From contig NC_002677.1 of assembly GCF_000195855.1 (NCBI RefSeq), positions 3,060,001 through 3,092,000 on the forward strand: 32,000 nt of DNA. Reading direction: 5' to 3'. Below, one piece after another: positions 17,074 to 26,324 of this stretch; position 1 is the stretch's first letter; each line of letters starts with the position of its first letter. The translations under genes were made by a program, and so were the position numbers. The notes beneath the pieces are model-generated. The model saw only the letters and a list, made by a program, of their open reading frames with translations. It was not told the DNA's origin and did not search any database. This DNA is from Mycobacterium leprae TN (GTDB lineage Bacteria > Actinomycetota > Actinomycetes > Mycobacteriales > Mycobacteriaceae).

Positions 17074-17103
17074 ACCATTCCGGTATCGGAATGGTATGAG
17101 CAC
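17066..17103. repeat. Perfect palindrome P4: 17-bp arms, 4-nt spacer; covers the antitoxin start codon (candidate former operator)
   Basis: 17066-17082 gtgctcataccattccg is the exact reverse complement of 17087-17103 cggaatggtatgagcac. On the minus strand the downstream arm contains ATGAGCAC, the first codons of the antitoxin remnant. Confidence 0.9.
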
Positions 17104-17144
17104 CCTAAGGAAACCAATGTCAAGAGTTCATCTGATAGGCCACG

Positions 17145-18860
17145 TTAATCGGCAGGACGTGTTTCTTCCAAGACTTGGTCGTAACGAGCCGAGTCGTTGA
17201 CCGGACACGGATCATCCGCATTACGAAACGAGCCTGGTCGCCTGTGGTTCGAAAACTTGCTATTGAGCTCGACGGGATAGCGGTTGAAGTCATTGACGAG
17301 CAGCGCGAAGAGGTCGTCGAGCAGCAGCTCACTCATGCCAGACGATGCAGCATCCTCCAGGATCAACTGGGTATAGGGCACAGTCGCTAAAAGCTGGCCC
17401 ACGCCGAAGACGAAGCCGATGTCCTTTTGCTGCGCTGCATCGGGAGTCAAGCTGACTAGCAGCGCGGCGAGCACATTGATCTACTCACGCAACAACGCAA
17501 AGTTGAGCAGGTGAGCATAGCTGCCGAACGTCGACCGCTAATCGTAGAACGCACCTCACCTAGGCTGCCCGTGGGCCCTGGGCAAACAAGAACGCCTCGT
17601 TGGACGTACCGACGCGACAACCCCAATCGGGGGCAATTCGCTATTCGGGGCGAGCAGGTAATTGAGCATAAACTCACCGAGCAACCCGATGTTGATGTGA
17701 ACGGTACCTTCCAGCCGGGACAACTCTCCGATCTCACGGACCATCGTTTCGAAAAACATGTCCTGCTTCGCAGCCTAAGGCAACGATGAGATCAAAATAG
17801 GGCAGTGTGCCGGCGAGAGAACACCGAGAATAGCCGGTAGCGGTGCATGCAGCATCAGTGAACAGCCACCACACGTGAGTAAAGTCGGTGACGACAGTCC
17901 CATCCAGGCGGCGGTTGGACATGTGGGTGACGGCCTCGTAAACGGCGTGCGTACACATACCGACAGAACACCCACATCCCAAATCATACGTTGACGGCGT
18001 TGAAGGGGCAGTGTGGAAGGCCTTCGGGCCTTGGTAACCAGATAGTCGCGCAGCGCGTTAATTGGCAACGTAGTTTGCGCTTCATACCATATTCTTGATC
18101 AGATCATACCACTCATGTCTGGAAATCGGCAGCGAAAAATATATAATTTGCCAGGGACGGTCACTTCACCGAAGGTGAGGACCATCCGGGTGACTTTTAC
18201 GTTGCCTATGTAGTCCTTCTAATCCAGCCAGTCCGTCCACCTTGACTCGGCCGCAAGATCATGTCGGGCTGGTAGACGTCGGCGCCGTGGGTCTGCTCCG
18301 ACAGATCGAAGGCTAACACCTCACCGGCCTGCAGCTGGGCAGTGAACTTGCGCTTGGCGTCCTCGTTGACGCTCGATCCAGATCAGGACCAGACCGAAAG
18401 CAGTCACCTGGAAGGGGACCAGTAGCTGAGTCCGTAGAAGCCGATGAACTGGGCAAACTCGCTGATTCGGTAGGTGTCCCGACAGCAATCCAGGCCACCG
18501 TACTTGTCCGGCATAAGCAGAGAAGCAAAGACGTGCTCCCGCCCTACGAAATCGGATAAATCATCTAAGTATCACACACTCGCGGTCGTCGGACTTCAAC
18601 CAGCGACTTCCCCGGAACTCGAAAAGTGCACCATCGCGGTCATGATCTCCCCAAGCGACGGTCTGGGTATTGGCGCTCCAAGCGGTTGGGATTTAGCAAC
18701 ATGACAATGTCTCCCTGGTACTCTCGGCAAGTTCCCGGGAGGCCGGTTCGGACAAGAACTAAGGTAAATGGCACTGCAAAAACGCGGCCACCGCGTGTCA
18801 GGAGAAAAACCGGGCCAGCAAATTGGCCAGTAGCACAATCAACTAAACCCAAACACCACT
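17145..18860 (-). pseudogene. fadE4: Acyl-CoA dehydrogenase (FadE4-like) pseudogene
   Basis: Minus-strand fragments in multiple frames: RKFTAQLQAGEVLAFDLSEQTHGADV (N/middle domain), AVYEAVTHMSNRRLDGTVVTDFTHV (ACAD C-domain pattern A..A..ya..R..fG..i.df), MFFETMVREIGELSRLEGTVHINIGLLGEF, and the C-terminal ORF 17145-17474. Divergent from php, as Rv0231 is from Rv0230c. The 5' boundary is approximate. Confidence 0.65.
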
Positions 18861-18893
18861 GTTTTCCTACCGCCGGACCTAGCTACCGGTTAA

Positions 18894-19863
18894 GTGTCAG
18901 AACTAAATACGGCTAGGAGCCCATAAATGTCACTGACATGCGCGTAACGTTCACGCATTAGTCAAGTGTTCATCCTTACCCCTGAATCGCGCAGAACTAT
19001 CCGGAACCCTGGACTGATGAAGAGCAGCGAGTGGCTGACGCCATTACCTGGCTAGGCTAGCTCAAGGACAGCGGTGTAGAAACCATCGTCGACCTCACTG
19101 TGATCCTGCTAGGTCGTTACATCCCGCGCATCGCCCGTGGCGCAGCGTCCACTGAGTTCAACATTGTTGTGATGGCCGGCATGTACATCATAATAACGAC
19201 GTACCGTTCTATTTCCACTAGTTCGGTGCGGGATGCGCCGTTGGACGGTCCAGAAATTATGACCTCCATAGTTCGTTCCGTGACATCGAGCTAGAGCATC
19301 GCTGACACCAGCATCAAGGCTGCGATCCTCAAATGCACCACCAGGCTTGCCTGGTGGTGCGCACAGGAGCCTAGGCACACAAACGCACCGGAGTCGCCCG
19401 ACCTCCACCCACACCCATGCAGCGGCTAAAGCGCGGACTTCGATCAGCAGCGTCTTTTCACTGAAGAAGGCGCGTCAGGGCCACGTGATCATCGGCCATT
19501 CCGGCGACACCAACAACGTAGACTACCTCGAGGCACTCAATCAACAACGGCTCCTACCTGGGGATGGACCAGTTAGGCCTCGACGTAACCTCGCCGATCG
19601 AAGACCGAGTGAACAGTGTGACGCACATGTTCGGCCGCAGGCACGGCAGACAAGATGGTGTTGTCCCACGATGCCAACTGCTATATCCGACGCGCCGCCT
19701 GAGGCGCTGCATCTGGTGGACGCACCCAATTAGCATTTACCTGCGCACCCATAACGACGTGATCACCACACTGAAAAATTAACGTGGTATCAACGATGAA
19801 CAGCTACACACCAGGCTTGTTGACAATCCGCGCAGCGCCTCCGAACACCAGGAAACTTATTAA
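18894..19863 (+). pseudogene. php: Phosphotriesterase-homology protein (Php) pseudogene with in-frame stops and frameshifts
   Basis: VSELNTARSP*, RVTFTH*, IAQNYPEPWTDEEQRVADAITWLG*LKDSGVETIVDLTVILLGRYIPRIARGAASTEFNIVVMAG, LDGPEIMTSIV, IKAAILKC, HVIIGHSGDTNNVDYLEAL, MDQLGLDVTSPIEDRVNSV, NDVITTLKN*..NDEQLHTRLVDNPR. These run collinear with Php (Rv0230c) as I recall it. Confidence 0.8.
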
Positions 19864-20174
19864 TTGAGCCGGTCCCCCGATCAGTTCATGCTGACTGCGC
19901 TCGTTCCCGACAAGCCCGCGGTCACGTGCTACGGGGTGATCGTAACCCGCCGCCCACGACCGGTCGACGAACCGGTTGGCCCAAGCGCTTTGGTGCACCC
20001 GGCCGACGGATCCAGGCTAAAAGCAGACGGCGTGAAAGAGTTGGCGCACAAACGTATTTTGTTATACACGGGAACACAAATCATCTAATTCGTCAGGACT
20101 CCGCTAAGGGACGACGGCGGAAAGGTGCGGCGATGGGCGGTGCGCACAAAAATCATGGCGCGATAGCATTCGCC

Positions 20175-21329
20175 TCAGTATGTATTGAGCTGGGGTACAA
20201 CGGCCGGCTTGCGCCGACACTCCCAGCGGCGCAACGCCTCCCGGCAGGGTGACTCGACCAGCGCGTAGCTGACGGCGGCGATCGCGAAACTGAAGATCAG
20301 TGTTAGCATCAACACCATGAGCATCCGGCCGGTGAACGGGAAGGCTCCAAGCACCGGGAAGACCATAGCCAGCGCAGCAAGGTGCCACACGAACATGCCA
20401 TAGGACCAGCGACCCAACGTCACCATGCCGGTGCTACCCAGTACGCGGTGCAACGTCTCGGGCCGGTCCAGGACCAACGGCGCCACCAACGCGAAAGCCA
20501 CCAGGGAACCCATCGCCATCTTCACCGCGAATTGCGTGGCAGTGCCCGGCACCAACCCTTCCGGGCCAGCTAGCGGGGAAACCGCCACCAAGTAGGCCAA
20601 CAGAGTCATAACAGCCATCGTCAAGCGGGAACGAGCCAACCGGTGTGGCAAACTGATACGACTATACGACCACTCCGCCAACAACATGCCCGCCGCAAAC
20701 CAGGAGAAAAATGCCGGCGGCCAGGTCAGCGGATTAACGCCCGATCCAGTATGCACCGGCACCCAGCCCCAGGCCCAACTGATCACCACAGCGGCGGCTA
20801 TCACCGGCACCCGGGCACGAACCGAGATCCTACGGGTCAACAACGCCAGGATAGGCAACGCCAGGTAGAAGCTGGCCTCGACGGACAGGCTCCACATCTG
20901 GGTCAGGCCGCTGGTCAGGGTGAGCGGAACGTAGATCTGGGTGAGCGTCAAGTTTGCCAACCATACGATCCAGCTGGCATGATTGGCGCCGGGTAACAGG
21001 GACAGAATCACGACGACTGCCACCAGATAGGCCGGCATGATGCGTACCACCCGCGATCGTAGGTAGTGGCTGGTGTGTGGTTGCTCATCCTTGGGCACCG
21101 GTTGTCTAGCCGTAGCGGCGTGTCCACGCCACAACAGGAACCCCGACAGCGCAAAAAACACCGCCACCGCGAGGTCGAAGCGGCCGAAGAGGCGGCCCAC
21201 AATGCCGCTGGAGTGCCCCGTCTGAAAAGCGACATGGGTAACGACCACACCGATGGCCGCGCATGCACGCATACCTTCCACAGCGGGCAGAAAGCTGCGG
21301 ATCCCACCCACCTGCTGGACGTCGGTCAC
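20175..21329 (-). CDS. Integral-membrane acyltransferase (acyltransferase-3 family), Rv0228-like; the orthologue family includes the corynebacterial trehalose-mycolate acetyltransferase TmaT (from memory)
   Basis: Clean 384-codon ORF starting at GTG 21329. About 10 hydrophobic helices, with the N-terminal AT3 signature region RACAAIGVVVTHVAF...FFALSGFLL. Confidence 0.85.
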   Translation of the reverse strand: MTDVQQVGGIRSFLPAVEGMRACAAIGVVVTHVAFQTGHSSGIVGRLFGRFDLAVAVFFALSGFLLWRGHAATARQPVPKDEQPHTSHYLRSRVVRIMPAYLVAVVVILSLLPGANHASWIVWLANLTLTQIYVPLTLTSGLTQMWSLSVEASFYLALPILALLTRRISVRARVPVIAAAVVISWAWGWVPVHTGSGVNPLTWPPAFFSWFAAGMLLAEWSYSRISLPHRLARSRLTMAVMTLLAYLVAVSPLAGPEGLVPGTATQFAVKMAMGSLVAFALVAPLVLDRPETLHRVLGSTGMVTLGRWSYGMFVWHLAALAMVFPVLGAFPFTGRMLMVLMLTLIFSFAIAAVSYALVESPCREALRRWECRRKPAVVPQLNTY

Positions 21330-21537
21330 GATTTTCCAGTCTGCCTAAGGCGCGTTGCTCTACGAATCAGGTGCATCCCGATGTCCCCAAAAATTACCCG
21401 GATAACCGCCGATAGGTTCGTAAGTAAAAGCCTTACATTCTGCTGTTAAGGTCAAACGGGTTTTACCTCGCTGCTTGGCCAGGTCGGAGCGGGTCGCGAC
21501 CAACGAGTCCAGGGACCAGAAGGAGGATCACATCAAC

Positions 21538-22821
21538 GTGAACCGAGCAGTCATTTTGCGGTTCACCGCATGCGGGATCATCGGGCTCGGCGCCGCCTTT
21601 TTGATCGCCGCATTGCTGCTGGCAACATATACTAGCAGCAGAATCACCAAAATCCCGCTTGATATCGACGCAACATTGGTTAGCGAAGGAAACGGAACCG
21701 CGCTCGATTCAAGCTCTTTGTCCAGTGAGCACATCATCGTCAACCAGAATGTGCCGCTAGTGTCCCAACAGCAGATCACTGTTGAGTCGCCGGCCAACGT
21801 TGACGTGGTCACGTTTCAGGTCGGTGTCTCGATTCGGCGCACCGATAAGCAAAAGGACACCGGACTACTGCTGGCCGTCGTCGACACCGTCACACTCAAT
21901 CGTAAAACAGCGATGGCTGTTTCGGACGACACACACACCGGCGGCTCCATCCAGAAGCCGCGCGGATTCACTGACGAGAACCCGCCTACCGCCATCCCGT
22001 TGCGGCACGACGGATTGTCCTACCGGTTCCCCTTCCACACCGAGAAAAAGACGTATCCGTACTTCGACCCGGTAGCACAGAAGACGTTTGACGTTAATTA
22101 CCAAAACCAAGAAGACATCAACGGTTTAACTACTTATCGCTTCACACAGAACGTCGGCTATGATGCCGACGGCAAGCTGGTGGCCCCAATAACCTACCCG
22201 TCGCTGTACGCCAGCGATGAGGACGGCAAAATCACCACCACCGCGGCGATATGGGGTTTGTCCGGGGATCCGTCGGAGCAGATCACCATGACCCGCTACT
22301 ACGCCGCGCAGCGTACGTTCTGGGTGGATCCGGTGTCAGGCACCATCGTCAAGGAAACCGAGCACGTCAACCACTACTTTGCCCGCGATACACTAAAGCC
22401 AGAGGTGACGCTGGCCGATTACAAGGTCACTTCCACCGAAGAGACCATCGAATCTCAGGTCAACTCGGCCCGTGACGAACGGGACCGACTGGCGCTATGG
22501 TCGCGAGTGTTGCCGATCACGTTCACCGCGGTCGGCTTGATCACACTGCTAAGTGGTGGATTCCTGGCTTCGTTCAGCCTGCGGACCGAGAGCGCGCTGA
22601 CCGAATCCGGTCTGGACCGGGCAAACCGCGACGCCTTCGGCCACTGCCGCACCGAGGAACCAGTTCCTGGCGCTGAAGCCGAGACCGAGAAACTGCCCAC
22701 CCAACGCCCTGAACTGCGTGATTCTAGTATACTCAGCGTCAGTGCGCACCGACGACGTTCAAGCGAGTCGTCACCACCCAATTCGGGGCCAGCCGACCCT
22801 GGCCACCCTGAACGGGGATAA
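21538..22821 (+). CDS. Conserved membrane protein, Rv0227c-like (N- and C-terminal TM helices flanking a large exported domain; DUF3068/PorA-like by recollection)
   Basis: GTG at 21538 sits 10 nt after AGGAGGA (21521-27), in frame with ORF 21475-22821. TM helix ILRFTACGIIGLGAAFLIAALLL, a soluble domain of about 300 aa, a second TM helix VLPITFTAVGLITLLSGGFLASF, then a Pro/Ser/Glu-rich tail. Confidence 0.85.
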   Translation: MNRAVILRFTACGIIGLGAAFLIAALLLATYTSSRITKIPLDIDATLVSEGNGTALDSSSLSSEHIIVNQNVPLVSQQQITVESPANVDVVTFQVGVSIRRTDKQKDTGLLLAVVDTVTLNRKTAMAVSDDTHTGGSIQKPRGFTDENPPTAIPLRHDGLSYRFPFHTEKKTYPYFDPVAQKTFDVNYQNQEDINGLTTYRFTQNVGYDADGKLVAPITYPSLYASDEDGKITTTAAIWGLSGDPSEQITMTRYYAAQRTFWVDPVSGTIVKETEHVNHYFARDTLKPEVTLADYKVTSTEETIESQVNSARDERDRLALWSRVLPITFTAVGLITLLSGGFLASFSLRTESALTESGLDRANRDAFGHCRTEEPVPGAEAETEKLPTQRPELRDSSILSVSAHRRRSSESSPPNSGPADPGHPERG

Positions 22822-22949
22822 CTCGGCAACGATGCGGGACAAAATGACCGATGGTATAAAGTACCTCCCGCGTGCGGGGAAACCGGGCAATCAGCACATC
22901 GCTCGGCGGCTGGGTCGTAGGGGTGAGTAGAGAGTTATACCACCGGTCC

Positions 22950-24725
22950 ATGAGCTGGTCTCGACCCAGCTACGCGTTGGGGATGGCGCTACTAGTGGTT
23001 GGCCCGCTAATGCGGCCCGGCTACCTGCTGCTGCGCGACGCGGTGTCCACACCCCGGTCATATCTGTCCGATGCCGCCCTGGGATTGACGTCTGCACCGC
23101 GGTCGACGCCGCAAGATTTCGCGGTGGCGATGGCCTCGCATCTTGTCGACGGCGGTATCGTGGTGAAGTCAGCACTCGTCTTGGGGTTATGGCTGGCTGG
23201 ATGGGGTGCGGCTCGACTGGTAGTGACGGCGCTGCCTTCGGCGGGTGTGGCTGGCCAGTTCGTCGCTAGCACACTGGCGGTCTGGAATCCCTATGTAGCC
23301 GAACGGCTGCTACAAGGCCATTGGAGCCTGCTGGTCGGCTACGGGTGCCTGCCCTGGGTTGCTGAGGCAATGCTAATGCTGCGATCATCCGACAATGCAA
23401 GCCGGCCGGGATTACTGGGGTTTTTCGCACTGGCTTGCTGGATCGCGCTGGCCGGGCTGACTCCAACCGGATTGATGCTCGCCGCGACAGTGGCGCTGAT
23501 CTGCGTGGCTGTCCCAGTTGAGGGCCCTGGCGAGCCCAGGCCACGTTGGCTGTGCGCCGCAGCGACATTGGGCAGTGCGCTAGGAGCAGCGCTGCCCTGG
23601 CTAACAGCTTCGGCAGTGGGCACGTCATTGACCGCCCATACGGTGGCGAACACGCTCGGAGTCACGGTCTTTGCGCCTCGTGCCGAGCCTGGTCTAGGCA
23701 CACTTGCCAGCCTGGCCAGCCTCGGCGGTATCTGGAATGGCGAGGCTGTACCCACTTCGCGGACAACACTTTTCGCGGTGCTATCGGCCACGGTACTGCT
23801 TGGGGTGGTGGTTGCGGGACTACCGGTAGCGGTGCGACGTCCAGCAGTAGTTCCGCTGCTGGTGCTGGCAGCGGTGGCGGTAGCGACACCTGCCGCTTTG
23901 GCAACAGGCCCGGGAATAGACATGCTAAAAGCAGTAGTCAATGCCGTGCCCGGCCTCGGAGTACTGCGCGACGGGCAGAAGTGGGTGGCGTTAGCGGTTC
24001 CGGGATACTCACTTGCGGGGGCCGGCGCAGTGGTGACGCTGGGACGCTGGCTAAGACCTTCAAGGCCCCTAAGTCCCGTAGTAACGGCGTTGGCGTGCTG
24101 TCTCGCGCTGATTCTGGCGCTGCCAGACCTAGCCTGGGGTGTGTGGGGCAAGGTTCAGCCAGTGCATTACCCGTCCGGATGGGCGGCCGTGGCGGCGACA
24201 ATCAACGACCGAGGCGAAGGCCCAGGGTGGGTAGCGGTACTGCCCGCCGGAACCATGCGACGCTTCTCGTGGTCCGGGACCGCACCAGTGCTGGATCCGC
24301 TGCCCCGCTGGGTCCGCGACGACGTACTGACCACCGGTGATCTGATCATTTCCGGAGTGATGGTTGCTGGCGAAGGTAATCATGCCCGGGCGGCACAAGA
24401 CTTGCTTCTGTCCGGGCCGAATCCTTCCGCCTTAACTGCGGCAGGAGTGGCCTGGCTTGTGGTTGAATCGGACACCGCCGGTGACATGGGTGCGTCTGCA
24501 CGGACCCTCGCAGCGCTGCAGCCAACCTACCGTGACGATGCGATCGGACTTTATCGGATCGGCGGTAGCAACGCAAAGACAGCGCCTTCCCCCTACCGAG
24601 GGTTACTGATTGCCGCGCATCTGACTTGGCTGGTAATACTGGTCATGGCCGTGGTCGGCATGCAGATTACCCGGCACACTCACTTCCGCGACGTATCAAG
24701 TGTAGCCTTACTATCACGACGATAG
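22950..24725 (+). CDS. Large polytopic membrane protein, Rv0226c-like (orthologue family of corynebacterial MmpA, from memory)
   Basis: ORF 22872-24725. The likely start is ATG 22950 (MSWSRPSYALGMALLVVGPL...). It has more than 10 hydrophobic helices plus a C-terminal soluble segment and a final TM helix. The overlapping long ORFs on other frames are low-complexity GC artefacts. Confidence 0.85.
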   Translation: MSWSRPSYALGMALLVVGPLMRPGYLLLRDAVSTPRSYLSDAALGLTSAPRSTPQDFAVAMASHLVDGGIVVKSALVLGLWLAGWGAARLVVTALPSAGVAGQFVASTLAVWNPYVAERLLQGHWSLLVGYGCLPWVAEAMLMLRSSDNASRPGLLGFFALACWIALAGLTPTGLMLAATVALICVAVPVEGPGEPRPRWLCAAATLGSALGAALPWLTASAVGTSLTAHTVANTLGVTVFAPRAEPGLGTLASLASLGGIWNGEAVPTSRTTLFAVLSATVLLGVVVAGLPVAVRRPAVVPLLVLAAVAVATPAALATGPGIDMLKAVVNAVPGLGVLRDGQKWVALAVPGYSLAGAGAVVTLGRWLRPSRPLSPVVTALACCLALILALPDLAWGVWGKVQPVHYPSGWAAVAATINDRGEGPGWVAVLPAGTMRRFSWSGTAPVLDPLPRWVRDDVLTTGDLIISGVMVAGEGNHARAAQDLLLSGPNPSALTAAGVAWLVVESDTAGDMGASARTLAALQPTYRDDAIGLYRIGGSNAKTAPSPYRGLLIAAHLTWLVILVMAVVGMQITRHTHFRDVSSVALLSRR

Positions 24726-24970
24726 CAACGGTTAAACTTCAGTGCTGGTTTTTACGGCCACTCTACTGAATAAAGTGGCTAAACTCTCGTTGTAGAGCCG
24801 GGGGGTTAAATTTGTGATAGCTGCGTCAGGCTGTATATCGACGTGGGCTCGATGCCAAGCTCACCATCAAGACGCCAAAGATCCCATAAGTGGGCAACAC
24901 TAACTGACGAAGCGCCTTCGGCTCCTTGTCGCTAATCACAGCGACCACTGTCAACCTGGAAGTAGGACTT

Positions 24971-25006
24971 CGGGATTGGGAGTTCGAACGGGATTGGGAG
25001 TTCGAG
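24971..25006. repeat. 2 x 18-bp tandem duplication (cgggattgggagttcgaa / cgggattgggagttcgag; one mismatch)
   Basis: 24971-24988 against 24989-25006 gives 17/18 identical. It sits in the 362-bp convergent intergenic region between the Rv0226c-like and Rv0225-like genes. Confidence 0.9.
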
Positions 25007-25087
25007 CTGCGGCACCAAAGTACCTCATGGGTACGCATAGGCTCCGGATTAAGTACAAAGCATCAGTTGGTACGGGAAAGCTTCGCC

Positions 25088-26272
25088 TCACACACCGCCT
25101 GAGACCACGCCAGTTATGTAGTCGCCGGCCTGCACCGCTTCCAACACCGTACGCATTGCGCCAGCGCTTTGCCGCCAGGAAAACTCGAGGCTGCGGGCCT
25201 GCGCCTTAGCACCAAGTTGATCACGCAACACCGGATCAGTTAATAGTTCCTCGAGCCTATCCACCAGATCAGCGCGGTTATCCACCAATATCCCAGTCAC
25301 CCCGTCGATGATCGAATCGGTTAGCCCCCCGGAGGACCGATAGCCAATAGTGGGCACGTTGTGCTGGGCCGCTTCCACCACCGCCAAACCCCATCCCTCC
25401 TTCCGCGAAGGCAAGAGATGCAGCCAAGAGCTTTGCAACACATGGTGCTTGGTCACGTCATCGACATGGCCATGGAAGGTCACCGCATCGGAAATCCCAA
25501 GTCGGTGCGCATGATCGACGAGACGTTGACGCCACCACCCACCGCCAACGATGTCAAGATGCAAACCCGGTATCCTCAAGCGTTGCCGCAGATCCGCGAC
25601 GGCCTCCAGCGCATCTTCAACCTGCTTGTGCGGCACCAGCCGCGACAACACAACCACTCGCGGCGCAGCCCCGCGTGTGCCAGACAACGATTGCGCCGGC
25701 GCCTCGTCTAGACCGTTGCGCACCACAGCGATCCGCTCGTGATCCACGCCAAGAGCAACCAGATCGCGAGCCGACGGCAACGACACCGTCAAATATTGAT
25801 TGCGGCGGTGCAACCGCGGGGACAACGTTGACTCGACATACCAGCCGAGCCGGCCGATCACCGGGCCGGCCACCGGCCACTGCTCACGATGACAATGGTG
25901 CACCAACACCACCACCCGGCTGCCATACAACAGTCGGGCCAGGAATGGCCAACCATTTTGGGTATCGACCACCACATCTGGACGCACCCGCCGCAGTGGT
26001 CCAAGCCCGAAGCGGGCCGCAGCCATCGCCAGCAATGCCCACAGGTACACCGAGTAGCGCCCGCCGGCGCGGCTAATCAGCACACCGTCAACCACTTCAC
26101 GCCGTGACGCACCTGGATAACGTGCGGTGCGTAGCGTTACGGAGATACCTGATGCGGCCAGCTGTACACCGATGCGCTGCAAATAAGTTTCGCTACCGCC
26201 CCCCTGTGGGTGACCAATGTCACGCCAGCATAGTAACAATACCGAACCCAGATCACGTCGCGCTGCAAACAT
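25088..26272 (-). CDS. GT4-family (GT-B fold) glycosyltransferase, Rv0225-like, 394 aa
   Basis: Clean ORF starting at ATG 26272. N-terminal GGSETY motif and a C-terminal GT4 nucleotide-sugar binding region LLPSRKEGWGLAVVEAAQHNVPTIGYRSSGGLTDSI. Confidence 0.9.
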   Translation of the reverse strand: MFAARRDLGSVLLLCWRDIGHPQGGGSETYLQRIGVQLAASGISVTLRTARYPGASRREVVDGVLISRAGGRYSVYLWALLAMAAARFGLGPLRRVRPDVVVDTQNGWPFLARLLYGSRVVVLVHHCHREQWPVAGPVIGRLGWYVESTLSPRLHRRNQYLTVSLPSARDLVALGVDHERIAVVRNGLDEAPAQSLSGTRGAAPRVVVLSRLVPHKQVEDALEAVADLRQRLRIPGLHLDIVGGGWWRQRLVDHAHRLGISDAVTFHGHVDDVTKHHVLQSSWLHLLPSRKEGWGLAVVEAAQHNVPTIGYRSSGGLTDSIIDGVTGILVDNRADLVDRLEELLTDPVLRDQLGAKAQARSLEFSWRQSAGAMRTVLEAVQAGDYITGVVSGGV

Positions 26273-26324
26273 CGACCGCTAGCCTAGCGAGAAAGCGGCC
26301 TAGCGTAACGCTCACGTTGGACAG

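Noticed and set aside
22851-22862. Extended -10-like tggtataaagt about 90 nt upstream of the Rv0226c-like start, and ttgaca at 1369-1374 upstream of htdX
   Set aside because: These are isolated hexamer matches without a properly spaced partner element. They are too weak to list as promoters.
23339-24340. Long ORFs 23339-24151(-) (270 aa) and 23546-24340(+) (264 aa) overlapping the Rv0226c-like gene
   Set aside because: They are Pro/Arg/Ala/Ser/Thr/Gly-rich and low in complexity, which is typical of off-frame or antisense reading of GC-rich coding DNA. The frame of 22950-24725 gives a coherent polytopic membrane protein.
24981-25006. gagttcgaa/gagttcgag resembling a tRNA T-loop (GGTTCGAA), and cggttcgactcc on the minus strand near 28810-28822
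   Set aside because: No complementary T-stem, acceptor stem or anticodon arm can be drawn around either site. The first is simply the 18-bp tandem repeat.
14951-25006. Tandem repeats considered as CRISPR arrays
   Set aside because: Each has only two directly abutting copies with no spacers. There are no cas genes in the window.
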